Positions 49,817 to 64,000 of a DNA stretch of 64,000 bases are shown here, in pieces. The DNA is taken from NCBI GenBank assembly GCA_030704615.1, contig CM060733.1, positions 45,818,001-45,882,000 on the forward strand, written 5' to 3'. A model generated the notes under the pieces. It was not told where the DNA came from, did no database searches, and was given only the letters and a program-made list of their open reading frames with translations. The stretch is from Takakia lepidozioides (Eukaryota > Plantae > Bryophyta). The position numbers and the translations under genes are program-made. Numbering within the stretch: position 1 is the stretch's first letter; each line of letters begins with the position of its first letter.

Positions 49817-52800
49817 TGCAAAACAATAGGGAGCGGACTCTATATACTACGTGCACACAACCTCGCCCATTCCCATGGGCCTTGCGATAATCGCCAACAA
49901 AAGACAATTATGATCTCTCCCTCTTGAGTCTGTGATTACAAATCCCAAGAGCAGCTTGTTTGAAACAAAATAAATCGGACCTGCCGTCTCTATCCTACAG
50001 ACCAGTGGCTTCTGCTAGCAGCCTCTATCCCATTCTATCATCCCGCGCCTGTCTCAACCCCGAATTCTTGCTCCGCTCAAAAGGGGACAGAGTCTAGTAT
50101 CCCCACAAGGCTGGCCAAGGCTAACTTGACTGCTCCTATGCAACAGCCAACCCTTTCCTTGTAGCTGTTACTCCATCATATTCCAACCGAAGGACGTTTT
50201 CCGTGCTCTCCCTGTCCAACCCTGCTGCAAAAATCCCACAATCCCACAAAGATTAAACAACACTCCCAATTCCCGGAATACCCACAAGCAAGTGCCTGTC
50301 TTTGCGGTAACTATTCGTCCAGTCCAAAGAGTGACTTGAGCAATAGTTTGTTGCATGATCAGAAAGCTTTGAGCATCTTACGTCTGAGTCCTTCCGGGAA
50401 TTTTTCACTGCTCTCACGTCTTTCTTCTCCATTTCCCACACACACTGCCGAGAGCTGCTCTCCAATCTGTGGCCTCCACTAGCATTACCCCTGCAATGTT
50501 AAAATGCACACACAAGCTCGATTGCGAGCCAATTCCGTGCCCGATTTCCTACATCCGCAGCATTGACATCCTCCAACCCCCGGGCATCCTACATTGACAT
50601 CCCCCAATCCCACAATCTCTGCACTCTCCCCTTCAATTTCCTGCACTAGGCACAACGCATCACTGGCACAGATCAAAGCATGTCCATGCCTAGCTCCAAA
50701 TCCCTCTCTTTGCATTGTCTCTCGCAGCTAACACAAAATTAGCAGAGCACACATCGCACACAGACAAGAGCGAAGGGGGAGTCAAAGGAGAGGATTGCCT
50801 CGCCTCTGTGTTTTCACGCCGGTAAATTCCGTCCCCTCACCTCGCCGGAAGGGTAGATCGGAAAAGCACGTCGACCGCTGTACGCCTTGTCCACGCTGGC
50901 ATCCGCCGGTCGGGACGCTCCCCTCGTTTTTACACTTCACCCCCACTCTACTCATCTCACTGGACGTCGGTAAACAACCTTTACCTGTCTCCTCTTACCT
51001 TTCGCCCTCACAGTAAACTCTGGCAACCGACACGCGGCAGTGGCATACCGGCACAGCCCGGGGCAAGGTACAGCGTAGTACACCGTTTGACGCCTACAGT
51101 TTCGCCACTGACTTTCGCCAGAAAATATCTCGAACCACAAATGCCCCAAGTGTGGATGGCTATACTCGTTATAAGTTATAACTCCCTCTATTTTATATTT
51201 ATGTTGGATATTGTTCTATATTTTTGTGATTAAATCATTGTATTTGGCAAAGCGCCAACTTCAGCATTCCAAATAAAATTACGGAACTCAAAAATATCTC
51301 TCGCGGCAGGGATTCGACGATGGATGAGGAGACAGACGTTCATCCGATAGTTCAGCGATTGTGCTTGCCAACGTATTGTCTCTTTCCATCCAACGGCTGC
51401 GATACGGAAAAGCAACCATCGAAGGGTCGATAATGGACGTAGTCTAGCCACAGAAGTTTAGCCAAAGTCAAACTTATCAATGACATTGATTTTTCATCCA
51501 AATCATTTTCCCGGCGAGGAGATGAAACGGTGAGAACGAGACAACTTCTGGCGAAACCTCAAGTGGGTACGTGGCGGAAGAGTTCCAGAAGATTCCTCCT
51601 CCATCTCATCGTCTTTTAGCTTGAACGGCCCACGTCGTCCCAGAATAACATCGAACGGCTCTCAACAGAAAGCAAACACTAGCCCCCACTCCAACGAAGG
51701 CTGTCCGTCCGATCCCGCCGCACGGCGATGTGGAGCGTTAGATGTACGCCGATCGGTACCAGACAAGCTTTTGTCGTGCGAGTGGCGCTGCTTATCGCCA
51801 CCATTCGCCATCGCGTGCCTTCTCGCACTTGTGAAGAGAGTCCGATGTGTGATGAGAGGTGTCAGGCTCAAATCCCGCCGTTTGTTCATCCATACAAGCC
51901 CAAATTTCATGAGGATGAACAGAGTGAAACTCATGCGACAATATCCACCACATGATTCTTCCGGCGCCGGGAAACGTGACCGGGGCCCCACACCCATGTC
52001 GATAACGGCCGGAAATCGCCGATTGCCAGGCACAGCTGGCACCACCTGACCGCAGCACCTGGCCGTAATTTCCAGATTAGTGGCCTTACTTTAGGGACGC
52101 TCTTCTGATGGATGAACTCAAACTTCATCCGTGACTGGATGAACTCAGGATGTGTATGCAATTAGTGTGTATGTATTCGTAGATCTAAGGAAATACTTAA
52201 GAAGTGAAAAATATGACTAGGCAAGGAGTAAGTAAGCAGTAAAGGTAGGTAAGGAGCCTTAAATAAGTAAAGGACGGGGCTGCGTCACCCTACGCTTCCT
52301 ATTAAGTAATTCCATCGCCACCTCTCCTACATACCAGGTTTGTACTACGTATGTATATCAATCATACGGATGGATTAGGTGTACAGCGTCTAAATACGTA
52401 ATAATATTAGGGCGGAATTAGAGGGTTAACAGGATATTTCGGATGGCGAAACTGCGCAGGACACGTGGCCATACTCGGATTAGTAAAGCCATTTAGGGCG
52501 CGTACTTATGATGCGAATCGGTATCCCGGAAGTTGCGCTTCCGGGATGTACATCCCCGGCGGTGATTGCCACTCTGGTGAGCGCTGAGGCCCTGCGTTCA
52601 AACCTACGTTGACATCTGACCGCTCAATATATAATAATTTCTCCTGCATCTTAAGTGTATGTAGTGAGGAGCCATGATGACATGATGATACTGACTGTAT
52701 CTGTTGGCACGTCGATGCACAGAATGTTGGATTTGAAAGTGACGAATTAGGCCGTATAAATAAGAGAGAAAATGAAAAAAATAAAATAAAACATAAATAA

Positions 52801-54165
52801 AGCTCGAGTCTCAAGGGCTTCCCCCAGAAATAAAACTAAAAATAAAAAATCATCTTTTTCCGAACCCTAATTTGGGTCCGAAGTAATGCTGGCCGTCAGG
52901 GTGGGCCCAGCCGGAGTGGCGTCCGGAAGCAAGCAAGCGGCCGTTGGCACGCGGCCCTCCACGTCCGGCCTTTATGACTCCGGCGGCGCACTTCGTCCAT
53001 CCATCGCACCTCATCCATCCATCTAGGTGATCCTGGTTACGCAGCTGTGATTGGGCTGGGGTTCGAATCTCAGTGAACGTATGCTATTGAGAGACTCTTA
53101 CAATGACTGGACGGATGAGGTAGCTCTCCAAATGAAGAGAGGGTTGATGGGAGTTCATCCATCCAGCTGGGGCGGTGGGGGCCGTGGGTGGGAGGATAAC
53201 AAGGGATGCCGAGTCAGCGGGGTTGTCAGTCTTTCATCCACGACGGCCTTTATCGCCAGGCTTTCTGACAGAGTTGGCGAAACATCGGGCCCACCCAGTC
53301 GCCAGATTTTGCCGGGATGGGGATGGTAAAACATTTGTCGCCAAAGCAGGTCCCCGCAACTGGGATTCACCGGTCTCTGTCGACTGGGCCGGTTGCCTGG
53401 GGACCGACAATAACCGGTCAGCGCAGCCCACACGTATCTGACGGGCTGGGGCGCGAGGCCAAAGGTCGGGGTCTCAAATCCCGGGCGACGGCGGACCTGG
53501 CCGCACGTGCAGGGCGAGGATTGGCCGGTTGTGCGTCGACTGGCAGTGTGCGCCGCCGCGGTAGCCTGCCGCTACTTTTCCCGCTACTTTTCCGACGGTC
53601 TCTAATATCTATTTCCTCATTTATATTTATCTATTTGCTAAATATATAGCGACAGAATGGGCTTAGATTTCGGACGGAATTAAGTACAACAATCCTAATT
53701 TTAATTCCTTCTTCAAAAAAAAGAAAACCTGCAAGTAAGTTCATCCATGTGATGTGTGGAATTAAACTTGGAGTGCAATCATCCGTTTCACTTTGAAAAA
53801 TCATAACAATAAATGGTAATAAATGAATACGAGATTTATATTTATATAGTTGTGTGAGGTGTGGTAGAGCCGAAGCGGAGGTTGGGTTGTGCCGAGGCTG
53901 GGCCAGGGTTGGTTGGGTAGTTCATCGTCTTCGTCGCTGCAGCGCGGTCTAGTTTTGTGTTGCGAAGAAAGTTGGCAGGTTTGTTGAATGCGAAATTCAG
54001 AAAGAGAGAGAGGAGGATATGACAGGATGGCACATCAAGGATTGCGGGTGAGAAGCAATGGGGGATCTACATTGTTGTCTCTCTCGATTGGTTTCAACAG
54101 TCACATCTCTTAGCTTAGGTAAGTTGTCATAGTCTTGTTCTTCCCGCCTTTCTCTTGCTTTCAGG

Positions 54166-54510
54166 ATGCCATCTGGGCGCGTGCCGGAGCCCGAGGGTGC
54201 ATTTTGGGGATGCGTCGTGGTTGCTAGTGCAATTGTGTTTGGAGCCTTGACCATCGCGCGCCAGAGCGAGCGAATGGCAACTCACATGGCAACAACTATG
54301 GCCACCCAGGGTGATCGTATGGCCAGCACCTGGGAGAGAATGGCTAATTCGTGGGAGAGATTGGCGTTGGCCATGGCCCACCACACGGATCGGATGGCGA
54401 TCACCGGAGAGAGACTGGCATCTGTTGCTGAGGCAATTGATGTCAACGTGTACCTCAAGTATGTATATCTTTTGTCTCTCTGCAGTCTATGGCTCCAGGA
54501 TTGTTCTTAG
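54166..54510 (+). CDS. Small hypothetical protein with one hydrophobic segment and (W/G/S)ER(M/L)A repeats
   Basis: FWGCVVVASAIVFGALTIA followed by SERMA..GDRMA..WERMA..WERLA..TDRMA..GERLA. Preceded by a pyrimidine tract and AG, with a possible donor near 54459. Confidence 0.4.
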   Translation: MPSGRVPEPEGAFWGCVVVASAIVFGALTIARQSERMATHMATTMATQGDRMASTWERMANSWERLALAMAHHTDRMAITGERLASVAEAIDVNVYLKYVYLLSLCSLWLQDCS

Positions 54511-56475
54511 TAGATGATATTCTCTCTCGTCCCCCTCTATCCCCCTTTTTATACGTGTACAACTGTCATGGACATCTCTTTGTGTTTCGGGCACATTCAG
54601 ATGTTTTTGACCCCTTGAACTTTGTACCGACACAAATTTATAAATGGACTGGTCTCTAGGTTGACACTTAAATTTTACATATAGAGCTTCCATGGAAAGA
54701 TATGATAAAGTTTTACTATCATAGGGCATCGTCATGTGAATTTGTACTGACATGTTGACCTAACTGAACCTTTGCGATTGTTAGACAAAAAGTCATAAAC
54801 TATATTTATACATGGGACCATCTCATTTTATCTCTGGCAACCTTCATTGTGTTAATTCTCTCACTTCAATTTTATGCATTTCTTGCATTGTCTTGAATTG
54901 TTTGGTTTACTCTACATCATACCTCCAAGTTGGTTACTGATAATCAATGTATCAAACTAGAATCTGTTGGCACTCGGGACACCCTTGAGGTTGCACAAAA
55001 TGTGTGTAGTTTTAAGGTTTTTTAAACATTATATTGTGTTTATAGTTTATACTATGTCCTATGGCCGCAGTAGCCTACTTGCATTCTTAGTTCTTTGTTA
55101 TGTAGCCTGCGGTTTCATATGGTACTCATATTTTTGTGCAGGAAGGATTGCGAGTGATTCAAAGAGATGTGCATTTTACCAATAAAGAATTTGTGGGTTA
55201 GCGACTAGCCCCAACTCCTGCAACACCGACCCAAAACGTCTTGAAGTGTCTTTGTAAGACAAAACATATCTGGGTAGGTTCACATGCAGTTTGATACAAA
55301 TTATGGACCCAATATGGTGTTACAATATGTTGCTCTGTGTATGTTCCCAAGTGCATTCTTTGGAGAATAACTTTTCTTAATTATTATTGTGGTCATTTTC
55401 TTCATTACTGCTGACTCTGAAGAATGCAATAATTTATGGAGTCTATGATAAAAGGTGGTATCAGGTTCTCTCTGCACGCAAACCCACAAGAGTCTTGATA
55501 TATACCCTCTCTCTCTCTCTCTCTCTCTCTCCATATCCAAGGTGCCAATGCATTGCTGGATAATTTTTGTGGCAATACTCCTGTCTGTCACCCTAATGTA
55601 TTGGCATCTGTGTACCGTGCATGCGGCAATATTTGGTACTTCAGGTGTTTGTATATGGTCCATGAGGCGAACTAATGCACTCCTAAAGCTGATCTAAAAG
55701 AGCTACAGTGACATGCTTACAGCGTAGGTGTGTTGTTACTAGTTACACAGCACCAGACCATGTTCACTCTCTACCATGCCCACCAGTGGGCCATCCATGT
55801 CCCTGTTTTCCCAGTTGGATCAACTTACTGCCCAGAGGTAGAAGCCAACTCCCAGTTTGAATTTTCCACCTTCACTGCCCAAAGGGCCATCCATGTCCCC
55901 CAAAGGGCCTTCCTTCACTGCCAGAAGAAGCTCAGGAGTGCGCACTTATTCGCTGTTTACCAACATTTCCTGTACTGACAAACTCAATCTCCTTCCAAAG
56001 AGAGAGAAATCTAGAACATGAGCTTCATAGGAGTCCAAAAGACAAAGGGAAGATGTCATCAACAATCATTCCCTGTCAGTGATAACTTGTATAGTTTTAG
56101 CAGAATAGTAACCCTCCTGTTGGGTGGTTCCCAGGTATGAAACTTAGCATGATACAATAGGAGTGGTTCCCGGAGCCTTTGTGGGGTTCGCACCCACTAG
56201 GGTTTAGCTTATCCCCGCAGCTCAGCTGCAGGTATAAACTTATTTTCCTGCATTCCATTAAGGTGCTCACAGAGGCACTTGTCTGCATGCAAACTTGACA
56301 GCCTGGTTGCAGAGTTGATTTTAGTTTTATAGCCGTGCATTTACCATAGAAATGACAGGCCTGGGGATGTGCAGGGAGAGAGAGAGGAGAGAAGTAAAGC
56401 AGCATCCAATTGCTGTGAAAGCCATTGACAATTCAAAATGTAGATCAAACCCCAAAATCCTGAGAGGTCTCTGCA

Positions 56476-58846
56476 CTAACCTTTATAAAATGGGGTAGCG
56501 TCTAATCTAGGCTCAAATGAAAATCCATCCAATTCATGCTGAAAGACTGACCAATTCCTTGGGCGAGGAACATTTATCGATCCATCCCGCATCAGGGGGC
56601 AAGCAGGTACCCAATCCCACTGATTCTTGGAAATACTGTATGTTAATCCCAGGGGTGAAAAGAAGCGGGTGAGGAAAATGAGATCTCCATAACCAGCACA
56701 GTACATGCTGTCACAAGGCCACTTTTTGTACAAGCGGTCAAACATCTCAGGAGGCATTCTCCCTTGCTCCACCCACTTCATTGTTTTCAACTCCAGCAGC
56801 CACACACACAGTGTCAGAGTCTGGTTCCTTGAAGCTTTCCCAACGATGCCCAGCCGACCCTTGCACTCAAAGAGCTGACGTGATTTCACATTACCAGGCA
56901 TGCGCTGTGTCTTGACTCTTGCCCACACCTCATCCCTCATGCTAAACTCCAACAATCCACTGTGCGGCCCGCAAGTCAGACAGTACAAGGAACTCCTGCA
57001 GCCACAAGCCAATCCTTTTTTAATTAGAGAGCCTACCTCTCCAATTGGAGGAGTTAAAATTTCTGAAATGTCCAACAATCCCTTCAAATGCTAATTCCAT
57101 CATGCAAATAGGAGGAATTAGCATTTGAATCCACAGAATCACACAAAACAAACCATCGTTTCTCTCCATTAAAGAGCCCGCAAATATGCAGGTTTCTGAA
57201 GAGAATCTCCCTTAGCAGTTCCAATAGTTGCCAGATAAAATGCCAGTTAGCTGTGTGCCAAAAAGTGCCAATCATGTCAACTTGCACTGGTTACATATCA
57301 CATATGCTATGGAACAAGAAATACCTGCAACAAACTGCACGCTTGGTTAGCTCCTCTTGCAAAAGACTGCCAGAGACTTTCCAGCAACTGGTAACCGAGT
57401 CAAAAACCTCTGTGGTCCAGCGATCCTCATCAGATTGGTACCCGCCCGCCGCAACAATCTTGTAAGTCTTGGCAAGTCTGTCCACAACCATACACACAAT
57501 TCTAGGTCTCCTTTTGCAAATCCGAGGAGGAAGCTGCCTTGCCACCTTGGTTATGGGATTACAAACAAACAGAGAAAATGGCCGATAATCGGCCACCAAA
57601 CAGACCAGGCCACCCGCCGAAGCAGCCGGTTGGATCTGCATAGGGAGAAATTCAAACGCAATTCGGTGCCATTTGGCGAGCGTGGGGCTGTACCCTAAGA
57701 GGACACGATCAGCGCGCCTGTCAGCCTTGATAAAGTAGTGCCCAACTGAGGTAGAAACCTGCAATTGATGTTTTGATTTGGTCCATCAGAGTAGATAGTG
57801 TGAGGTGGGAACAGATAGCCTCAAAAGAGGCAAAGTATTAGACATAGGATGATATCCTCCATGAGGATGTACACTAGAAACCCTAAGTAATGGGATGGTC
57901 AGTCAGGGTAGGCTTCATCATATATGCGTTATGGAGCTGGACCTCTCCAGTGCACCATTTGGCCCATAGGTTTACATTGTACACCACCAACGCTCAATGT
58001 AATATACACAGACCCTGTCGTTTCCCATGGAATGCATGGAAATATCAAAACCCATACCAGCAGGTCAAAACCCCTCAACTCACCAAGCAGCTACAAGATA
58101 GCTGCGGGAGGAATAATGCTAACCGAACTGCCTTCACCACGAGCCAAAGGAACTTTCACTTACTAAGGTGATCAAATGAGATTAATCTTACAACACAGTA
58201 ATGATTGAACACCTTGATACATGACTGAATTTGTCAACAAATGGAAAGAGTTTGAAGCAATCTGTCTACACAAAGAATAACGATGGATGTGCTTAAAGAT
58301 GATGACGTTTATGAGCACATGCTGGAAGATTGAGATATCACTATCGGATAAAGAGCTCTCATGGATATATGAAGGTGGTCCATCAGGCCATCTGGGCATA
58401 GTGGTGCGCAAAAGTTCACATACTTGCAAACATTTGATCATGAATCTGCTGACAGTCTTCTGTGATCGATCCAAATCATAACTTCATAATGTGGTAATGA
58501 ATTATGCAGTATGCAAATTGCATGGCCAGTAACACTTCAGTGTAGGAAAGAAAAAATCTCCAATAAGACAGAACACAAGATTTCAGCAACGTTTCTATCA
58601 GACTATTTCATCCCGAACTGCTCATCAACTTTGCACACTAATGTAAACTGCATAAGAAAAGTTGGTTAATGACGTTAAGATACTGACCTGCGAGCAATCA
58701 TCCAGAAATCCAGAAGAGAACATGATGGCATTCCATCTTTTGCACACCAGGCGCAAGCGGAAGAAGCTATCAACAGGGAGCCTTGCCAGCACTCTGTCTA
58801 CCAACTCTTCTCTCAAGTCGCACCAAAGCCTTTCATCCATGGCCAT
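56476..58846 (-). CDS. F-box protein with kelch-like/F-box-associated beta-propeller (FBX6/UFO-related group), 3 exons
   Basis: LWCDLREELVDRVLARLPVDSFFRLRLVCKRWN (F-box), ASAGGLVC..LFVCNPIT..RQLPP, YKIVAAG..TEVFDS and GFSFEPRL. Approximate exons 58688-58846, 57324-57758 and 56476-56995. Confidence 0.92.
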
Positions 58847-59930
58847 AAGAACGAGATCCAACCACACCGCCCTCCCCGCCACCTGCTGGCCTAGAGAGCT
58901 CGCCCAATCCCTGCCCAACTGCTTCCTCTCAGTCCAGACGAGAATACAATCAACGCCGAGAGAAAGAAGAGAAAGAGACACCTCCTCACAAACTAATCTC
59001 ACATGCTATACCTCTTCGCGACAGCCTCCGTTAAATCCACAAGACCGGCGCACGACACCAGATCGCTAGAACGATACAAGTACTCTCCAAAGAGGGACGA
59101 GCTTTAGTGCAATTCACCGTGTTTACAAATTCAAGCTGCACAGATTGATCTCAAAAAACAGAGTCCGAAAAATTGAAACGCCTCGTGACGGTCCACACAC
59201 CGCAAATTCTTTCATCTGAATCATACAATCTCAATCAAAGCTCCATATCGCCAATTTACACAGGCCAGCTACCTGCACAGACTTCCCAAACATAAAAGAG
59301 CACTGTACACTTCCAGCTAGCTTCCCAGACTCCTTAAGACCGAGAAATTTTTCAAAATTACGTGTGGAAATGCAAGGTCGTGTGCGCCATGGCTTCCAAC
59401 ACCAAAACTCTCTCGCATTTCCTCGCACTTCCTCCATCTCCTCCGCATCAAGAGCACCAGAGACACGAAGAAACGCGACCATGGGCCTCCCGGTTTCCCG
59501 CACTCAAATCCTCGCCCTCTCATTGGCCCTACGCTTTATCCATCTTGGCCACCAATGGGATCCAGGTGTTGTTACTTACCAGCACCTCAGATATGCATCT
59601 TCATTGGTGAAAAAGTTTTGTCCATCTTTACATCCAATAAAATCCACGTGCGTCTCCACACTGAGCTCCTTAAATCCGGCGCTTGCCCTAAAGTCGACGT
59701 CTCGACAAGTTTCGAGACCTTGGTTTGACCGGCATTACGGGGTACCCGGTCACGCGATTCTATTCGCCGAGGCTCTTGTAAGGTGTGTTATTATACGACA
59801 CGTGTCACGATGACTGGAGTGGATGAATGAATCGGATCATCCACGAAAATCTCTCTCTTTCTCTCTCTCTCTCTCGCGATGGCCAAAGCGAGCTGAGGAG
59901 CTGAGCTGATCTGAGCTGATCTGAAGCTAA

Positions 59931-62900
59931 ATGGAGCCGGCGGAGAGGGAGCCGTTGCTGGGATCGCAGGCGTCGTCCACCTCTCAGGGGACTGGGCCAG
60001 GGCCTGACCTTTCTGCGTTTCAGCCGCTGCCTGAATCACGTGGGACACTCTGCCTGCCTTGTTTCTCTTTTCGCATGAGAAAGTTGCGACTTTTATTGAT
60101 TCTGTGATCTTTCGGAGTGTGAGAGAGAACTGCGCAATCATAATTAGGAAATTGGTTAGTTTGGGTTTGTAATGGTTCTCTTCCATAACGTTGCAAACAC
60201 GCATTGGTCTTGGATACAGAGCATTGATCTGATTGATCGTGCCTGAGCGGGGTTTATGATATTATGCAGTTTTCATTTCAGTGGATTGGTCGGGTTATGT
60301 TAGGTTATCCAAGTATGAAGCATTGCAAGCAGCAAACAGGACTTTGGAAATAAATTTGGAGATACCGGACTCCCTACTAACAGGTTTCTGAATTAGGGTT
60401 TGTCCCGCAGAGACGCATTCGCCTGCACTATTGCCTGGTTGGAATTTTTTTTTAGTGCTGAACATCACACGCGGAACGAAAGCTTTTCGTTTTTTAGTCA
60501 TCCGCTCGCAGTACGAGCTCGGATATAGTCCTCTTGCGAACGTGAAATTGGTTTCGTGCTGACGACGTTAATTGAATCCACAAAAACCGTGGTAGTAAGC
60601 TCCCTAAAGTAGAATTACGTAGTCGTGGACGCAGTACTCCAGTGGTTGTACAGTGTAAGGATAACAGCAGCGAGTAAGTCTTAAGTGTGATAAGCCCTTG
60701 CTGTGCTGGCCGCCGCTACTGTCAATGCAACAAACCTGTTAAGGGGAACTCCTTGCCTAAATTATACATTTGCAGTGAGGCATGGAACCTAGGAAGAAAG
60801 TTCACCTGCAAATTTTATTGCAGAAAAGGAGCGGCACCTGACCGAGTGGGCAGAGGGGCAGTATGTCACCAATTCTCAGACACAGCCCAGTGTTCCAGCG
60901 GAAGAGAATGCAGCGTGGGCTACTGGGAATGAGATCAGGCAAGCTGCATCAGAGGATCCTTATCCCCAGTGGATCTATGGTGCTCTTGTGAACCCTGAAG
61001 CATCGTCAGCCCCTCTTTCCCAGGCGCCTGCAGGTACTGTGGGTACTATCATGTAGCATTGAGGCTACATTCAAGGTGTGCAAATGGAATCATCTCAAGA
61101 TGTAGCGTGCTCTGGAACTGAATTTGAGTTCTTGGGTCACCTGGTGCAGGCAAATCATAAAGCCTCCTCCAGGAAGCTGATTTATGATGTATGTGCTGGG
61201 AACTGCAGAGCAGCACGCGGGAGGCTTACAAGGGGAACAGCTGAAAGCTCCAGGTCCACCCAGGTGGGTGGGTCTCATGTGCACTACAAGAACTGCTGTA
61301 GAATTGAAGCCCCCTCTCATTCACAAAGGAGTTGAAAAACCTGACAAGCTGGGTAATCATGTTTTGCCGTAGAACCTTGTTGTAGTAGTTTGAAAAGGAA
61401 AGGAATCTCTCATGCGCAAGTTGCCCAGAGGTCCAGAGGCCCAGAGGTCATGGAGGCTCTGACCCAGAATCTCATGGAGCTGGATGTGGGAGTTGCAGTG
61501 CACCGGCATTCCAAGAGGAGGACATTCGAGAAATATTGACAGACTTTGTGGACCGGCAGCGCTGCTGGGGTGGCCGTCCAGCTCACAAATGGACCATTCA
61601 GAAAGTGGAGGACTGCAATGTATACCTTGGCACACTTGAGACATTCATTGAGGAGAGAGAGGTGGTCAAGCAGGTTGAACCCTACGTAGGGGGTGAAGTT
61701 GATGATAAGACCATTGGTCGCTCTCCTGGTCCCTGGGAGGTGGATATGAGAACTGAGTTTCCACTGTTGTTTACTCCCAGAAAGCAGTCTAGTTTGAAAC
61801 TTCCTCACTCAGAAGTGGTGGAGAACTGTCCAGGTGCAAAACTTACCTATACTCAAGTCCTTGGTTGTATTGGTGCTGGTATGTCTAACTGGGGTTTATA
61901 TGACTATGACAGAAAGACTAATGCTGCCCGCAACAAGTAACGTGAATGCATGCTTTTGGAATGGTCCAATAGCTTAACCATGTGGGTTTGTCTTTGTAGC
62001 ACAAAACCCTTCAATGAATGCATCAAACTTACTTCCTTTGGAACTCTTGAGATGACTGGAACGAATATTTTGTGTGAGAATGCCACTTCACCTGGGTGAG
62101 GGTTAGGCCTTTGGAATGTGGTTGTAATGACTGCTGCCGCTAGCAACAACCTGAAAAAACTAAAAGTGGAAGCTAATGAAGAAGTGGTAAAAAACTGTGC
62201 ACAGGCTCAAATTCACAGTAGTGAAAATATTTGGTGTGCAGATTGTTTTGGACGGAAGGAAGTGCCATGCCCAGTGTGCAATAAGGACCAGGAGCCTGGT
62301 TCATATTTATCAGGACAAACAACCGTGTGTCCTCGGTGCTACGGACGAGGCCTCCTGGCACATCAAGATGGCTCTGATTCCAAGTGGGTGGTGTCTCGTG
62401 CCGTCCTTTGTCCTAGCTGCTCTGTACAAGAGCTGGACAAGCTAGTCAATATGTGCATTACTTGTGGGGAGCTAATGAGGATGTTCTTTGCATAATTCAA
62501 AGTGCATATTCAAGTGAAAGCATTGCACAGGAGCTGGTTAATGTTTCTAGGAAAATTGGAGTACTGTCCCTGCTTGGTGTTATCTGATCTATTTAAGTAG
62601 TTTTGTAGAGTCTGCAATGTTTGCTTAAAGCAAGGCTCAATATGAAGTTATGATTTTATGTGGCAATATGATAAGAGTCCATATCAAAGCATCTCAACTT
62701 CAAACTTAATCACTTTCACTTCCAGATTGCAGCTTTACACGGGACTTAAATGGTTGCCACCCAGCGTTCCTGCCGGTGCACAGGGCTCTGAAGCAATGTG
62801 CTACTGCAAGTTGCCTCCTAAAACGTATCATTAAATTACTGACTGTTGAAATTTGTTCAGATGCTTGCAATGCGAAGGTAAAGGGAGGCTGCCATGTGCT

Positions 62901-63588
62901 CAGTGCAACTCACGCGGACTGCTCAAGTGTAAGAAATGTCAGGGCTCAGGTGCCCTGCTTCTGGGAAATCTTCTCACCGTGACGTGGTATGCTTTCAGTT
63001 CTTTCCAAGTTATCCCAGTGATTAGAATGTATTTAGGGGACCTTGAATAGAATAGGAAGAGATGAGGGCCCTAGCAATATCAATATGGAATAATTAGGGA
63101 TAAATTCTTTGCAAGGCTTATCTGAAGAGGTGGTATGTGTAGGAGGGTACTTGACTTTTTGAAATCTTGGCAAAGTGTCTCTAAGCAAGTACTTTGGATG
63201 CAGGAGAACATTAGTCACCAAGAAGATCAGTGCATCAAGCAATGCTGCGTCAGTACCTGATGAGGTGTTTCATGAAGGCAAAGGGGTGCAACTGTACAGC
63301 AGCGAATCTTATCAGTGCCATCCTGTCTGCTTTCCAAACTGTCATGGGCTCACCAAGCTGTCTTCTGACATAATTGCTGACCATGCACAAGTTCCCCCTT
63401 CAGCGCGCGTTATTTGTGAGAGACAACAGATGTATATGATCCCCGTCACACGCGTGTTGGTTTCTCAAGGTGACAGATCATTCAAGTTCTACATCGTTGG
63501 ATTGAACAAGTGGATTTATGTCAAGGATTATCCCTCAAGGTGCTGTTATGGGCTCTGTTGTTGCCAAAGTTCATGTACTATTTTGTGA
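59931..63588 (+). CDS. SSUH2: SSUH2 homolog (DnaJ-type CxxCxGxG Zn-finger repeat protein), multi-exon
   Basis: MEPAEREPLL start; CWGGRPAHKWTIQKVEDCNVYLGTLETFIEERE..GPWEVD..LPHSEVVENC; CxxCxGxG repeats at 62240-62385 and 62861-62985; last exon ERQQMYMIPVTRV..FYIVG..DYPSRCCYG..CTIL* (CaaX-like end). Confidence 0.88.
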
Positions 63589-64000
63589 TCTTGAGTGGTC
63601 ATGGGCCTTTTGTCCAGAGTAATGTCTAAGGACCTGGAGAAGTCATGACTTTTCCATCTGCATGAAGTTGGTGTGTTTGGTCATTATATGTATGATCTAA
63701 TAGAGTGTACTCATGAGGCAATGTTTGCCATAGCCTATGTGCAATCTAACAGAATGTGCCAAATTTTAATGAGATTTTAGACATTTATATCTGGAGGATG
63801 TAGAGGGTAGGTTTCACCATCTGCAGCATTTGCTTCAACACAAGTACTCTGGAGTGAAATGTAAGACATGGTAAACCTGACAAATTGTTGAAGTCATCTA
63901 TTAATGGGAGGTCCCATTTGTGAGGTGATTGCTGGACGCTTTCAAACCACACCCAAGATGCATCACACCCAACAAGACAGTGTGAAGAACAAATAATCCC

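Noticed and set aside
50800-53700. GC-rich intergenic ORFs and small hairpins
   Set aside because: Looks like promoter or intergenic DNA (telo-box-like AACCCTAA near 52863); no coherent coding or RNA-gene signal.

Overview
Eukaryotic nuclear DNA with spliceosomal introns, most likely from a non-seed land plant that edits organellar RNA. The window has two halves. (A) About 1-37,050 is a degenerate transposon island. It holds an intronless RING-H2 gene, an intronless protein kinase, a Mutator-like transposase with a GCM-type Zn finger and a SWIM finger, and a large spliced gene that joins a ParB/sulfiredoxin-like domain (DGNHR) to a beta-class N6A/N4C DNA methyltransferase domain. A second, truncated ParB-like paralog is also present. 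These genes are interleaved with tandem arrays, five of which are built around 27-36 bp palindromes. A Ty3/Gypsy chromovirus (26,076-32,940) has inserted into one array. All recognisable island genes are pseudogenised, largely by stops consistent with C-to-T/G-to-A changes. (B) About 37,100-64,000 is ordinary host gene space: a PLS-class PPR gene with paralog fragments, a SAP30/AFR-like gene, an F-box gene and an SSUH2 homolog. The main candidate novel system is a giant cargo-carrying Mutator-like element encoding a ParB-DNA-methyltransferase, with parS-like palindrome arrays beside and inside that gene. Domain calls were made by eye and need HMM confirmation; exon and array boundaries are approximate.
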